A stretch of 64,000 bases of DNA from contig OZ024741.1 of the NCBI GenBank assembly GCA_964016885.1, positions 392,398,001 through 392,462,000 on the forward strand. Reading direction: 5' to 3'. Position 1 is the first letter of the stretch. Every line of letters starts with the position of its first letter. Under the pieces are notes generated by a model. That model made no database searches. It had not been told where the DNA came from and saw only the letters and a list, made by a program, of their open reading frames with translations. This document shows positions 43,390 through 55,850 of the stretch, piece after piece. A program made the translations under genes and the position numbers. The DNA is from Eledone cirrhosa. Lineage: Eukaryota.

Positions 43390-44590
43390 TCACTTAATCC
43401 TGAGAGGGTCATGAAGGAAGAGACCTCAAACATATCCACCAGAGGCTCCTTTCAGAAACAACTGTCTCCAAATGAGATCAACTGAGCCCATAGATATTAT
43501 CCAACAATCTTGCTTGGGACATACCACTGGGTCTCCTGTCAATTGGTTTTGCATGTAAAATCTCTCCAGCAATTCTCTCCTGAGACATTCTAACCACATT
43601 CCTGTAATATTGGAGCTGTGATCTTTCAATTCAGAGAAGTAGCAGCTCTACCTAAAGTGGCCCCATGATCTCTGAGCTATGCAGCCTATTGAGTAACATT
43701 ACTCCAAAGACCCTTTGGAGGAACCCCACTTTGGTTGCTGGTATTCACGATCATATTCTTTTGGTCATTACCCAAGATTCACCCAGTAAAGGTTGGCATG
43801 AATACCAAATGGAAGATAACAAATTTGAATTTTACACCTACTCATTTTTTCTTATTACCAGCTCCAGCAATTTTTGCATTTAATTCAGCTTCCTTCCTTT
43901 CATCACTCATGAAAAAAGCCTCAAGATACTTGAACTTTTCCACCTGCTTCAGTGGAACTCCATTTACATATAACGTGCACTGCACTAGCTTTCTTGAGAG
44001 GATGAGAGTCTCAGACACCCACATTGAATGGTTTCGACTGCTTTAGCTGTTAAATGCTGCAGGTGAAAGTGGCTCAGCATGGTGCCACAAGGATAAAGAT
44101 GCAAGCTGAGCAGAGAAGCAGACTTACAAAGCTTGGTTTGGATAAACGTTTTCCTTCTTCCACTCATGGTGCAAGTAGGTGCGAAATGTCATAGAAGAAA
44201 CAAGGAAGTCATCCAAGGTTAAGACATGGGAGAACTTTTGGGTTAAACTGGTACTTGAATTTAGATCAGCAAATAAAGTGTTCTAGCAGATCATCTGTCA
44301 ACTTCATAATAACAAGTCCCCCTCCACACCTACTATCTGGTGGGATGTGCATCCTTGGATCAGTAAAGAAGGTATGCTCTGGATGACTTGTGTGGATCTC
44401 TGGAAAGGCATCAGAGCAATGACAATTGGAAGTTATAATCCCAATTTTCAAAAAGGGAGACAAGAAAGATCACTCTAATTATAGAGGAATCTCTTTGGTA
44501 AGCCTCTCTGGTAAAGTGTATGTTAAACATCTGGCAAAGAGATGTAGGGATATTGTTCAGTCTAAGCTGGCTCAATGAACAGTGGCTTTT
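43390..44590. mobile_element. RTE LINE fragment with inverted 5' part
   Basis: 43390-44100 minus strand gives RT C-terminus (LKQVEKFKYL); 44170-44590 plus strand gives RT N-terminus (IIPIFKKGDKKDHSNYRGISL). Confidence 0.75.
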
Positions 44591-44860
44591 GCTCTAGTAT
44601 TTGTATTTGGATAAAATTCAACTCAAAAAGACGAAAGGCAAAATTTGATCTTGGTGGGATTTGAACTCAGAACACAAAGAGGCATTTTGTCAGACACTAT
44701 AATACATTTAATAATTTGTATCATTAACTTAGTCTTAGGTATTAGGAATTGTGCATTGATAGAGCTGTATGAATAATAGACTTTCAGAAAATAACATTCA
44801 AATATGAAAAAGTTACATAATGGAATGAAAATATTATTTAAATGTTGTGTGTTTACATAC

Positions 44861-44971
44861 CTTGCATCAACAGCTTGGACAAGCACTTGTAAGCATCTTA
44901 CAGAGATGTTGACATCATGACCAAATGCATTAATTTTGCTTCTTAATGCCTGGGCCAATTTACAGAAAAGA
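44861..44971 (-). CDS. RyR: RyR exon 8
   Basis: ctgtag|TCTTTT...TGCAAG|gtatgt; 111 nt, phase 2/2; [36 protein letters not shown]. Confidence 0.95.
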
Positions 44972-45740
44972 CTACAGAATAGAAGATAACATTAAATATA
45001 TTTTTAAAATCATTTGAATTAATATAAATAATCAATTTGTTATAATTAAAAATAGAATCAATATATTTGTGATATGTTGTATCTCTAACATTTGTAGACC
45101 CTTTCACACTGGTGAGATAGTTGTGTTTGATGTTCAGTTTCAACATCTATAGATCTATACTTATTACTAATTTTTCACAAAATGTAATTAAATAATTATC
45201 ATAATAATCACCATCTTTTAATGCTCATTTTCCCTGCTAGCACAGCTGGATGGGTCATCACAGACAAAGTCAATACTTGCTCAGTGAAGCTGGGAGCTCA
45301 TATCTTGCTTACATTCATTCCAGCATTCTGCATTTTATCATGGCATCAAGGTTAGGGAAGTTGTCATGTCTTCGACAAAGCTGTTTTTGGGGGCGTGAGG
45401 TTTTCTGGCTGGATGTCTTTCATATCCCTAACCACTTTACAGAGTGGAGTTGATGTGTTTATTGTGTAGATCACCAAAACTAGAAAAGTTGTCATACTCT
45501 TGACACAACTACAGAGTAGCATCCACTCAACTTTGTTTGGCATTTAAATCTAAGAATTGGCACTATTGAGTTCCTTATTAAGAATAAACCCTACCTCAGA
45601 ATACATTTCTTGGTGTATTTTGAAAAATGTATATATATATATAGCATATTTAGCAATATACTGTATGTTTAATTAAAAACACCTTGAAGACCGCTTGCAA
45701 ACCATCTAGGAGAGTTACCATTCCGAATAAATTGGTGCAG

Positions 45741-46025
45741 GGTAGAGAAGTCCCCTAAGTCCAGTAAGACAACTTCCCTAGTGCTGGTGGCATGAATAAA
45801 AGCACCCAGTCCATGCTGTAAAAATGGAGGGGTGGATAGGGTCCCTGAGTCCAGTAAGACGACCTCTCTAGTGCTGGTGGCATGAATAAAAGCACCTAGT
45901 CCATGCTGTAAAATGGAGTGGTAGAGAAGGCCCCTGAGTCCAGTAAGACATCCTCTCTAGTGCTGGTGGCACAAATAAAAGTCCATGCTCTAAAGTGGTG
46001 CTGGTGTTAGGAAGGGCATCCAACC
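45741..46025 (+). repeat. Three ~90-bp tandem repeats forming the 5' leader of the downstream RTE
   Basis: Units start at 45741, 45831 and 45920; the array ends in ggtgttaggaagggcatcc. Confidence 0.9.
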
Positions 46026-49000
46026 AGTATATATACTACTGCCAAAAACTATGAGCACAACAAATGAGAATTGCAACAACTGCGTCAACAGCAATAACAC
46101 TAACCATGTTAGGGCTGCGCACGGTAGTGGGGGGGGGGGGGGGGGCTGGTGAGGCCATGTGCGAGAACCTCCCGACCTTCATAAAGCAATCGCACAACAA
46201 CAACTGTGTCAACAGCAATAACACTAACCATGTTAGGGCTGCGCATGGTAGTGGGGTGGCTGGTGAGGCCATGTGCGAAAACCCTCCGACCGTCATTGAG
46301 CAATCGCACTACAGGAAAAAGAACAAGAATATGAAGACATCGCGTCTCAGAGTTGCCACACTTAATGTTAGACCTGGTGAAATATTGGAGATGCTGGAGA
46401 GAAGGCATGTGGATGTGTGCTGCGTGCAAGAGGTGAGATGGAGAGGTGTCTCTGTAAGATTAATCGCAGGCAAACATCTTAGTTATAAGCTTTTCTGGGT
46501 GGGTAATGATGATGGGTTAGGTGGAGTAGATATTTTACTGGCTGAGAGATGGATCGATAAGACAATAGAGGTAGTTTGAGTTAGTAATAGAATAATTAAG
46601 CTTAGATTAGCTGTAGGCAAGAGACTACTGACAATCATCTCTGCCTATGCTCCCCAGGCAGGCCTAGGTAAAGAAAAGAAAGACTGCTTTTACGAGCAAC
46701 TTTTACAAACAGCCACAATGACAGAGGACGGAGACATCGTTATGCTAGCAGGAGACTTCAATGTTGGACATTGAAGGGCAGCTCCAGGATGAACAGCTCA
46801 GGTTGAAATGGGGTACATGGTGGGCACGGTTACGGCTCAAGAAATGAAGGAGTAAGGCTTCTTGAATTTTGTGATGCAAGTGCACTAACCATTTGCAACA
46901 CTAATTTCCAGAAACCTGCCAACCACCTAATAACCTACAAATCAGGCAAGCACATATTGACTTCTTGCTAGTTAGGCAGCGGGACAGGCAGATGGTGTCA
47001 AATACCAAGACATACCCCGGGGAAGAATGTACCCTATAGCATGGGTTAGTTGTTAGTGATATCTCAGTAAGCAAGAGACAGAATGAGACATACAGGAAGG
47101 TGTGGAAAAGAAAGGTCTGGAAGCTAAAAGACCTTTCATTAAAATATAAATTTTATGACGAAAAAGAAGACAATTTAGAGTCGTATGACATAGATGATAA
47201 CTGGAATTTCTTATGTGACAACTTACTGCAGGCTACTGAAGAAACTTATGGCTGGAACAGAGCTCCAACCAGACAGAGAGTGACCTGGTGATGGAACAGC
47301 ACAGTAGATAGGGCCATTAGAGACAAAAGACTAGCATGGAATGCTTGGAAAAATTGTGGGAGTAGAGAAGGATATAAAGCCGCTAAGAGAGAAGCTAGAC
47401 ATCAGGTGTAATTAGCACGAAGAGAGGCTGAGAGTAGGAGGTTTGACAATGTTCTGCAATGGGAAAATCAGAGATGTGCGGTGTTCCGCATTGCAAGGCA
47501 GTGTGTCAGTGCAAATCAGGATGTTGTTGGAGATAAGTGTGTCTGGAATGATGCTAGTGTACTTAGTGTCACGAATGATCAGAAAAAGGAGGCCTGGAAA
47601 TGTCATTATGAGAGACTGATGAATGTGGAGAATGAATGGGAGAGAGAGAAATTACCCCCAGTAGATCCGACAAAGGGACCAGCTATTGAGATTGACGAAT
47701 ATAGGGTCCAAGAGGCGATTAAGGAAATGAAAAATGGTAAGGCCGCTGGACCGTCGGTGATAGTTGCTGAGATGCTGAAGATATCAGGGCACATTGGCAC
47801 TAAACTGGTTGCACGCATCATCAATCAGGCTATATATGGTGGTGTCATACCCAAAGACTGGTGCAGCAGTATTCTCAATTGCTACAAAGGTAAAGGGGAT
47901 GCTCTGGAAAGGAGCAATTACAGGGGCATAAAACTGATGGATCAGGTTATGAAAGTGGCAGAAAGGATATTAGCACAACTAATTAGAGAAAGGGTCAAAC
48001 TAGATGAGCTGCAGTTTGGTTTTGTGCCTGGAAAAAATACAACAGATGCCCTCTTCTTAGTGAGACAACTACAAGAGAGGTCTTAGAGAAGATTAGCTTT
48101 TGTTGACCTAGAGAAGGCCTTTGATAGGGTACCCCAATTTGTCATCTGGTGGTCCCTAAGGAAACTAGGTGTTGAGGAATGGCTTGTGAGGACATTGCAA
48201 GCTTTGTACAGAGGTGCTGTCAGTAAAGTGAGGGTAGGAATGGAGTTTAGTGAGGAATTCCAGGTACAAGCAGGAGTACATCAGGGTTCGGTCCTCAGCT
48301 TGCTCTTGTTCATTATCGTCCTCCAAGCCATAACAGAGGAGTTTAAGACTGGCTGTCCATGGGAACTTCTCTATGCTGACGATCTGGTACTTATAGCAGA
48401 ATTAGTAGAGGAGCTAGAGAATAAATTCTGGCTATGGAAACAGCAGTTGGAATTAAGAGGACTGAGAATGAACCTAGCTAAGACAAAAGTGTTGATGAGT
48501 AGAAAAGAGGACAAAACTCTGATTCCGTCAGGGAAATGGCCATGTTCGATATGCAGAAAAGGAACTGGTATAAATTCTATAAAATGTACACAATGCAGAT
48601 CTTGGGTAGACAAGAGATGTAATGGGATAGCAGACAAACTAACAGGTGGGGAAAAATAAGTATGCAGTAGATGTACAGGGAAATTTGACAGTAGAAGTCG
48701 CATTGATAGACACATTTTTCAAATGCAAGTGTGTTCTATAGAAAGGGTTGATAGCTTCCGGTACCTAGGTGATCAGATTAGCATGGGAAGGGGGTGTTCC
48801 GAGGCCATAGTATCTAGAATAAGGATGGATTGGAAGAAGCTTAGGGAGTTGCTTCCTCTACTGACAAAGAAGGGTTTCTCCCTGCATACGAGAGGCCGGT
48901 TATATGATGCCTGTGTGAGGTGCGTGATGCTGCATGGTAGTGAGACATGGGCAGCAACTGCAGAGGATATGCGATGGCTGGAGAGAAATGAGGCAAGCAT

Positions 49001-49332
49001 GGTCCGTTGGATGTGCAATGTCAATGTGCGTGAATGACCAAGCATGGATGTGTTGAGAGGGAAACTGTGTTTAAGAGGGATAAGTTGTAGTGTGCGGGAG
49101 AGAAAACTGTGATGGTATGGACATGTGATGCGCATGGAGGATGACCGCTGGGTAAAGAAGTGCCAAGAAATGTCAGTTGAAGGAAGACATAGTAGAAGCG
49201 GACCACAAAGCTTATGGTGGAGATGACGAAGGACCGTGACAAGTGGAGAGATGCTGTGCTGAATGGGGCCCATCCCACTCTTACAAGCAGGGAAAAGCGG
49301 ACATAAAATGATGATGATGATGATGATGATGA
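45741..49332 (+). mobile_element. Near full-length RTE LINE (APE endonuclease plus RT with Cys-rich insert), inactivated
   Basis: ATG at 46051; RVATLNV, CVQEVRW, SAYAPQ, AGDFN; NYRGIKLM, QFGFVPG, GVHQGS, LLYADDL, CSICRKG..C..C, YLGD; several stops and frameshifts; (GAT)n tail. Confidence 0.95.
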
Positions 49333-49688
49333 TTATATATATATATATATATATAAATATATACATCTATAACATTCAATTCTAATAAATAGGGTCATGA
49401 GTGGACAAACCCCTGGTAAAAGAGGTATGAAGATGATGGTTGAGTAACATCAGGAAGTGGACAGAGAGGATTTTTGATAACCTGTTTGCATTTTTTGCTG
49501 GGTCCTTACAAAATTATGGATTTTGATTGATTGAAATATAAAATAAAAAATATATATAATAAAATAGATATATTTTTTATAAAGGATAAAAATACTTGGA
49601 TACAAAAGCAAACTGGAAAATATTTTAAACATTCACTTGAAGTAGGTCAATAATTTAAGGATTAATAATAAAATGAAATTATACTCAC

Positions 49689-49807
49689 GTGGCAGTCATT
49701 TCTTTTTCTTTTGATGATGCCATGCCTGATGAGCTTGGAGAAGTTGGTGATGCAATAAAATACAAGCGGTGGGCATGGAAATACCTTTCCACAAATGGTA
49801 AAACAAC
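49689..49807 (-). CDS. RyR: RyR exon 7
   Basis: ggcag|GTTGTT...TGCCAC|gtgagt; 119 nt, phase 0/2; VVLPFVERYFHAHRLYFIASPTSPSSSGMASSKEKEMTA. Confidence 0.95.
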
Positions 49808-50191
49808 CTGCCATTAAAGGAAATCTATTAAATTATTTACTAAATTATTAAATAAGACACTATTTTAACCCTTTTATGAAAGTTTTAACACAGCTGTATG
49901 TTTTAATTAATTTCCAGAATAATTAAAGAAACTGAGAGCATGGTGACAGAGGAGCCTGATATGATTATTGATCTTAATGAATATAAGGTGTTCCAAGGAT
50001 TTAAAACCAAGTTTGATGTATAAGTTTAATTCTCACATAATTTTATTTCAAGTATCTCAGTAGCGTAAACTTAACATAATGATTTATACATTTAAAATTA
50101 GGAAAATATTTCAAATTGATTTGAAAAATCATAAATATTTTTTAAAATTAAATTTCAAAATTTTATTTTAATATTTTTAAGAATAACTGAC

Positions 50192-50423
50192 CTTTCCAAA
50201 GAATTTTACATCTTCTGTTGCTGTTGTGTAACTTTCTCGTCGGCTGAAACGACTACTAGGTTTGGTTTGCTTCATGTTAATTGAGGCTTTGTCAAGATAT
50301 TCTAAAAGTTTCTGTAATAAACTATAAGCAAAACGTTTTTCTGTGGCTGATGCTGATGCACCATCATTATCTTTACCATGCCGTGATGAAGATTCATGCG
50401 TGTGTTGAGTCATACCACTGCCA
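50192..50423 (-). CDS. RyR: RyR exon 6
   Basis: tttatag|TGGCAG...GGAAAG|gtcagt; 232 nt, phase 2/0; ...[26 protein letters not shown]...TEDVKFFGK. Confidence 0.95.
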
Positions 50424-50503
50424 CTATAAAGAAATAAAAATGATGACAGCTACATTTATTTATTCACTTTGCAGTCAGATAGTATAGTAAAAATAAACTT
50501 AAT

Positions 50504-53342
50504 TACCATAAATACTTGAATATAAGTCTAGGAATATATAACCAAAAAACTGATGGTAAAATGGAAGGTCAGCTTATATTCTGAGTCAATATTTAATGAT
50601 TTTCACCAACTTCAAATTCTACGTAAATAAGCTTCTAAAATATCTGGAGTGATTAATTCATAATGAAACACTGCTTTTCTATATTTACTATATCGTTGTG
50701 AGTTTGCTATGTGCATTGTGTTGAGGACATTTTCAACAAATTTTTATTACTTTTTAATACATAAATATCCCTTCACAGATATGCATACACACACATATAG
50801 CTGCCGAGATGCTGAAGGCATCTGGGTCTGTAGGTCACACTATAACCACACGTATTGTTAACCAGGTAATACTAGAAGGTATCATACCAAAAGATTGGTG
50901 CAGTAGCATCATTGTCAACTGCTACAAAGGTAAAGGCGATGCACTAGATAGAGGAAACTATAGAGGTATAAAGTTGATGGACCAGGTCATGAAAGTAACA
51001 GAAAGAGTTATAGCACAGCTGATTAGGGACCGGGTGAAAATAGACGAGATGCAATTTGGGTTTGTACCAGGAAGAGGCACCACTGATGCCCTCTTCCTTG
51101 TGAGGCAATTACAGGAAAAGTACCTAGCTAAAAGTAAGCCACTCTACTTGGCATTTGTCGACCTTGAGAAAGCTTTTGACAGAGTTCCACGTGCTGTAAT
51201 CTGGTGGGCTCTTAGAAAACTAGGAGTAGATGAATGGCTTGTGAAAGCCGTACAAGACATGTATAGGGGGAGCAGTCAGCAAAGTTAGGATTAGCAATGA
51301 GTATAGCGAGGAATTTAGCGTACAGTTGGGGTCCACCAGGGCTCTGTTCTTAGCCCCTCCTGTTCATCATAGTCCTGCAGGCAATAACGGAGGAGTTTAA
51401 GACCGGATGCCCATGGGAACTCCTGTATGCTGATGACCTCGCACTCATAGCTGAATCTATGGTAGAACTAGAGAATAAATTCCAAACTTGGAAGCAGGGA
51501 CTAGAAAGAAAGGGTCTCAAAGTCAACATGACAAAGACTAAGGTCCTTGTAAGTAGATGAGAAAACAGAACCCAGATCCCCTCAGGGAAATGGCATTGCT
51601 CAGTATGTAGGAAAGGTGTAGGTAGGAACTCCATTCTCTGCCCCAAATGCAAACAATGGGTACACAAGAGATGTAGCGGGATCTCAGGAAGCTTAATTAA
51701 GAATGTAGGCTTCACATGCAGCAGCTGTGCTGGGACAGCAAGCAGCAAACAGCCACAGGAAACAAGTACCACCAATCTCTGGGAGGGCTCTGTAGAAACA
51801 GTAGACAGCTTCTGCTACCTAGATGACCGAATTAGCAGCGGATGTGGGTGTTCAGAAAGTACAATAACTAGGGTAAGAACGGGATGGAAGAAGTTTAGGG
51901 AACTACTACCACTGCTAGCTGCAAAAGGCTTCTCCCTCAGAATGAAAGGCAGATTGTATGATGTGTGATTCCGAACAGCGATGTTGCATGGTAGTGAGAC
52001 CTGGGCGTTGAAGGTGGAAGACTTACGTAGATTAGAGAGAAACGAAGCCTGCATGCTCCGATGGATGTGTAACAGTAATATATGTGAACAACAAAGTATA
52101 AATGAATTGAGAGAGAGACTGAGCATAAGAGGAATCAAATGCTGTGTGCTGGAGAGGCGGTTGCGCTGGTATGGACATGTGATGCGTATGAAGGATGACA
52201 GCTGCATAAAAAGGTGCAGAGCACTAGAAGTTGATGGAAACCGCGGAGTCGGGAGACCCAAGATGACCTGGGATTAGGTGATAAAAGCCAACCTTACCCA
52301 ATTACACCTCTCAAAGGCAATGACACACGACCGTGACCTCTGGCGTCACGCAGTAATACAGAGTACCCGACCTCCCATGGGTACAAGCTGAAGCATATAG
52401 ACAATATGCCCCCACACCCCACACCGCAAGGTGGTCGTGGAGGTGCCACGGCATAAAAGCACCCAGCCCACACTGTAAAGTGGACGTGTAGGCGCCACGA
52501 AAAGCACCCAGCACTCACTGTAAATGAGGTTGGTGTTAGGAAGGGCATCCAGCTGTAGAAATCAAGCCAAATCAGTTCCTGTATGAGCAAGGCATGGTCA
52601 GCCGACCAGACACTGCCCGCAACAGGACAACCCGTCTAACCCATGCTAGCGTGGAAGAACGGACGTAAAATGGTGATGATGATGATGATGACACATACAT
52701 GTGCATACATACACGTACACAGACTGTTTTTCTCCGTGACTTAAACATACCTTTTCTTTCAATCTTGTTTTGTTTTATTTCGCTTCCTTACTTGCTCTCT
52801 CTTTCCCTCTCTTTTTCTCGCTCTGCTTCTCCTCTCCCTCCCTTACTGTCTCTTCCCCCCTCTTCTACTCTAAATCCTTATACAGTGTACTCTTATTTGA
52901 TCTCTTTCAACCATTCCCTATTCATTTTGATCTCCTCCTAGTGTTTTTAATGATCATCATAATGGTTAAAGAAAATCTTTTTTTAAAATAATATCTTAAA
53001 CTAAAATATAACTCCATTTCTTTATATTATGTTAATATAGAATTTTTTCATGCCTTTTTTATTTTCTAATTATAAAGAAATAAAATTTTCTATAAATGTG
53101 GGAAGAGATTATTTTATTTTCTCTTAGGGGTTTTGTATGTAGTGGATTTGCGAAAGAAAAACTATACTCTAAACAACATTTAAAACTTCATAAATATGTT
53201 ATCCGCTCATGAGAATTTCAAAACCACACCTAATGTGTTGATTAGCAGCCTCGGCTTATAAATGGGGTTTGGATTTTTGCCCATTTCTCAGACATAAAAT
53301 AGGCTTAAATTCAAATCAGATTATATTCGAGTATATATGGTA
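50504..53342. mobile_element. Tc1/pogo-like non-autonomous element interrupted by an RTE insertion
   Basis: Inverted termini TA-CCATAAATACTTGAATATAAG and TTATATTCGAGTATATATGG-TA. Confidence 0.6.
50798..52690 (+). mobile_element. 5'-truncated RTE LINE with complete 3' UTR
   Basis: RT motifs NYRGIKLM, FVDLEKAFDRV, LLYADDL, LRWYGHVMRM; (GAT)n tail; probable 7-bp TSD acacata at 50791-50797 and 52691-52697. Confidence 0.95.
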
Positions 53343-53871
53343 TTGCATTTTTATATTTTAAATAACAATATATTATAAAATGAAAAGAAGCCAATCACCA
53401 GATCAGACAAAGGAAACAATGAGAGAAAAGGTGAGGTTTTGAAATCAAAAAGCATAGAGCCAGATCAGATACTACAAAGCATCCGGTTTGGCTTTAACAA
53501 TTCTATCAATCCACTACCTCTCGACTGTTATTTTGCTTATTACCCTTGAAAAGATGAATGACAAAGTTGACCATGGCAGGATTTGAACTCAGAACTCAGT
53601 GAGTTGGAATAAATATTGGGGTATTTAATCATATGCTGTAATGACTGCCAATTTACCACCACTGTACTAGATGTGAAAAATTACTCTATTTACTTTAAAT
53701 TTAACAATTTGTGAAATAATCATTATAAACAATTAAAAGATGAAACTTAAATCAGTATTCATCATAATCAGTTATAATAAATATAAAATAAAGAAACTTT
53801 TTTTGACAAAATATTTCAGAACCCTGCAGTAGATTCAAATAAAAAATATATCTATTTAAAATATTACATAC

Positions 53872-53995
53872 CAACTGATTCTAAAACCTAAAAACTGCAA
53901 AAATTTAAGAAGTTCTTGGGCATGTTCTTTATCTTTTTTCTTTTCATGATCTGTCAGACTCTCATATGGTACCAACAATGGATGAATTCCCCCAC
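53872..53995 (-). CDS. RyR: RyR exon 5 (repeat 4)
   Basis: tacag|GTGGGG...CAGTTG|gtatgt; 124 nt, phase 1/2; [41 protein letters not shown]. Confidence 0.95.
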
Positions 53996-54254
53996 CTGTA
54001 ACAGAAAATCATAAATAGAAATCTGACATTGTTAACAAAAACTATCAACGTAGTTATCCTCACCATCACCATCATTTAATATCCATTTTCCTCATTAGTA
54101 AGGGTTGGACAGGTTGTCACAGACTAAGTCAGTATTTATTGGAGCTACTGACCTTTAAGATGGGCTGGGAGCCTGCATCTCACGTACACACATTCCTGCA
54201 TAGTTCACTGGGGTATAAAAAAAATATCCCTTAAAATTCTTGATTATTTAAAAG

Positions 54255-54725
54255 GGTTACTTCTGGCACGGGTGTTCAGCAAGGAGACCCACGCAGCCCA
54301 CTTATCTTTGCACTGGCAGTCGACTAAGTTGCCTGCTCAGTCCAGTCACCTTCAGTGTTTGGTACCTGGATGACACGACCCTGAGTGGCTCGGCTGAGAT
54401 GGTAGTTAAGGACCCTCAGCAAGTCATCCCAGCTCTAAAGCTCCTCGGACTCGAGATCAACCCATCCAAGTCCGAGGTGACAAACATTACCTACAGTGAG
54501 GCCGAATTCCCCGATGCCATACTCAGCACTCATCCCATCCTCTCTGGGGCTTGGCTAACACCCAAAGACACTGCATGCATTCTTAGCTCTCCAATTCTCT
54601 TGAAAGCCATAAGAGAGTGCTTGGAGACTTGTCCTGAATGGCGGAGAGGCTGCATATTTTTGATGCGCACACAGAGTTCTTCCTCTTAATGAACTGCTTC
54701 ACCCTCCCCAAATTTCTGTTCACGT
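54255..54725 (+). mobile_element. CRE-like non-LTR RT fragment
   Basis: TGVQQGDP..PLIFALAVD...YLDDTTLSG...LGLEINPSKSE; GC-rich island. Confidence 0.65.
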
Positions 54726-55029
54726 TGCATAATGCACCTTGTTACCCTCACACAGATCTTTTTGGTGAACTCGACGTTACCATCCAATTTTGAAAAATGT
54801 ACAAATTTTGGTGCAAAACACAAAATATATAAATGTAGGAAAACTACTATAATACTGGATTTTTTGACAAAATGCATGAATGCATGATTGAAAAATAAAA
54901 TGCTGTATATTCTTGTGTAATGCTTGAAGGTCAAGAAGCTTGGATTAGTCATGGCTGATATACCCCTGATAATAGGCTGTTCAATCAAGGTTGACATTGG
55001 CTAAATAACAATATTAATTGCCAACTTAC

Positions 55030-55105
55030 CAATTGATTCTAAATCTAATTTCTTTTGTTTAAACCAAACTTCATGAGTATTTTCTGCTAACCTTTCTGCT
55101 AAATT
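55030..55105 (-). CDS. RyR: RyR exon 4 (repeat 4)
   Basis: cacag|AATTTA...CAATTG|gtaagt; 76 nt, phase 0/1; NLAERLAENTHEVWFKQKKLDLESI. Confidence 0.94.
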
Positions 55106-55497
55106 CTGTGAATTATATAAAAATTTATTTTACAGTATTGACTAAAATATTCAAAAGCAACTGAAAGTTTTTAATTTAAAAGTTTAAAATAAAAAACAAA
55201 AAAAAATACAATTAATGAAAATTAAGTTATTTATCCAATAATTAACTATTATACATGGTTATTTTCATGCAGAAGAATCGCTTCCATTTATCTCTATAGT
55301 TTAACATGTTACTGCTATTTTTAAATAAACACAATCTGTTTTATAATATATTTCAATGTCTGTTGTAAATTAACATGATAGGAAATAAAACTGAATTGAA
55401 ACAATTATGTTCTCTTTCTTTATATCTGAAATTTGTATTAAAATTTATATTAATTTCATAGCAAGTACAGGAAAATATATATCTGAGCCATAATTAC

Positions 55498-55563
55498 CTG
55501 CATTTCTCGTGTTACAGTCATATTACGGAGATCATAGGGCCGAGGGCTGTAGCCTTGATCATG
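55498..55563 (-). CDS. RyR: RyR exon 3 (start of repeat 4)
   Basis: tttatag|CATGAT...ATGCAG|gtaatt; 66 nt; HDQGYSPRPYDLRNMTVTREMQ. Confidence 0.93.
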
Positions 55564-55850
55564 CTATAAAATATGAAAATAATAAAAAAAATTAAGGAAA
55601 ATATAAACACCCGCACTTGTAATATACGTTTGAAGTTATACTCAAACTTCCTCATGGTGTTTGTCTAATTTTTGTAACTTAATTATATCTTTTGTATTAT
55701 TTGATTTGATTAAAGAAAATACTAAATCTATAAAAACTAACTAGGATATTAATAATACAACAGATGAATTAATATGCTGATTAGATATATTAGTACATGG
55801 TTTGTTGTTCTACCAATGGAATAAGTAATATTCTGTTTCATTATATTTCT

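Noticed and set aside
45741-46025. CRISPR-like array
   Set aside because: Whole units repeat with no unique spacers; eukaryotic intron with no cas genes
52434-52500. Resemblance to the pistol ribozyme (CGUGG..CCACG followed by AAA)
   Set aside because: No P2 strand between the A-run and the pseudoknot partner and no P3/GU cleavage junction; it fits a simple H-type pseudoknot
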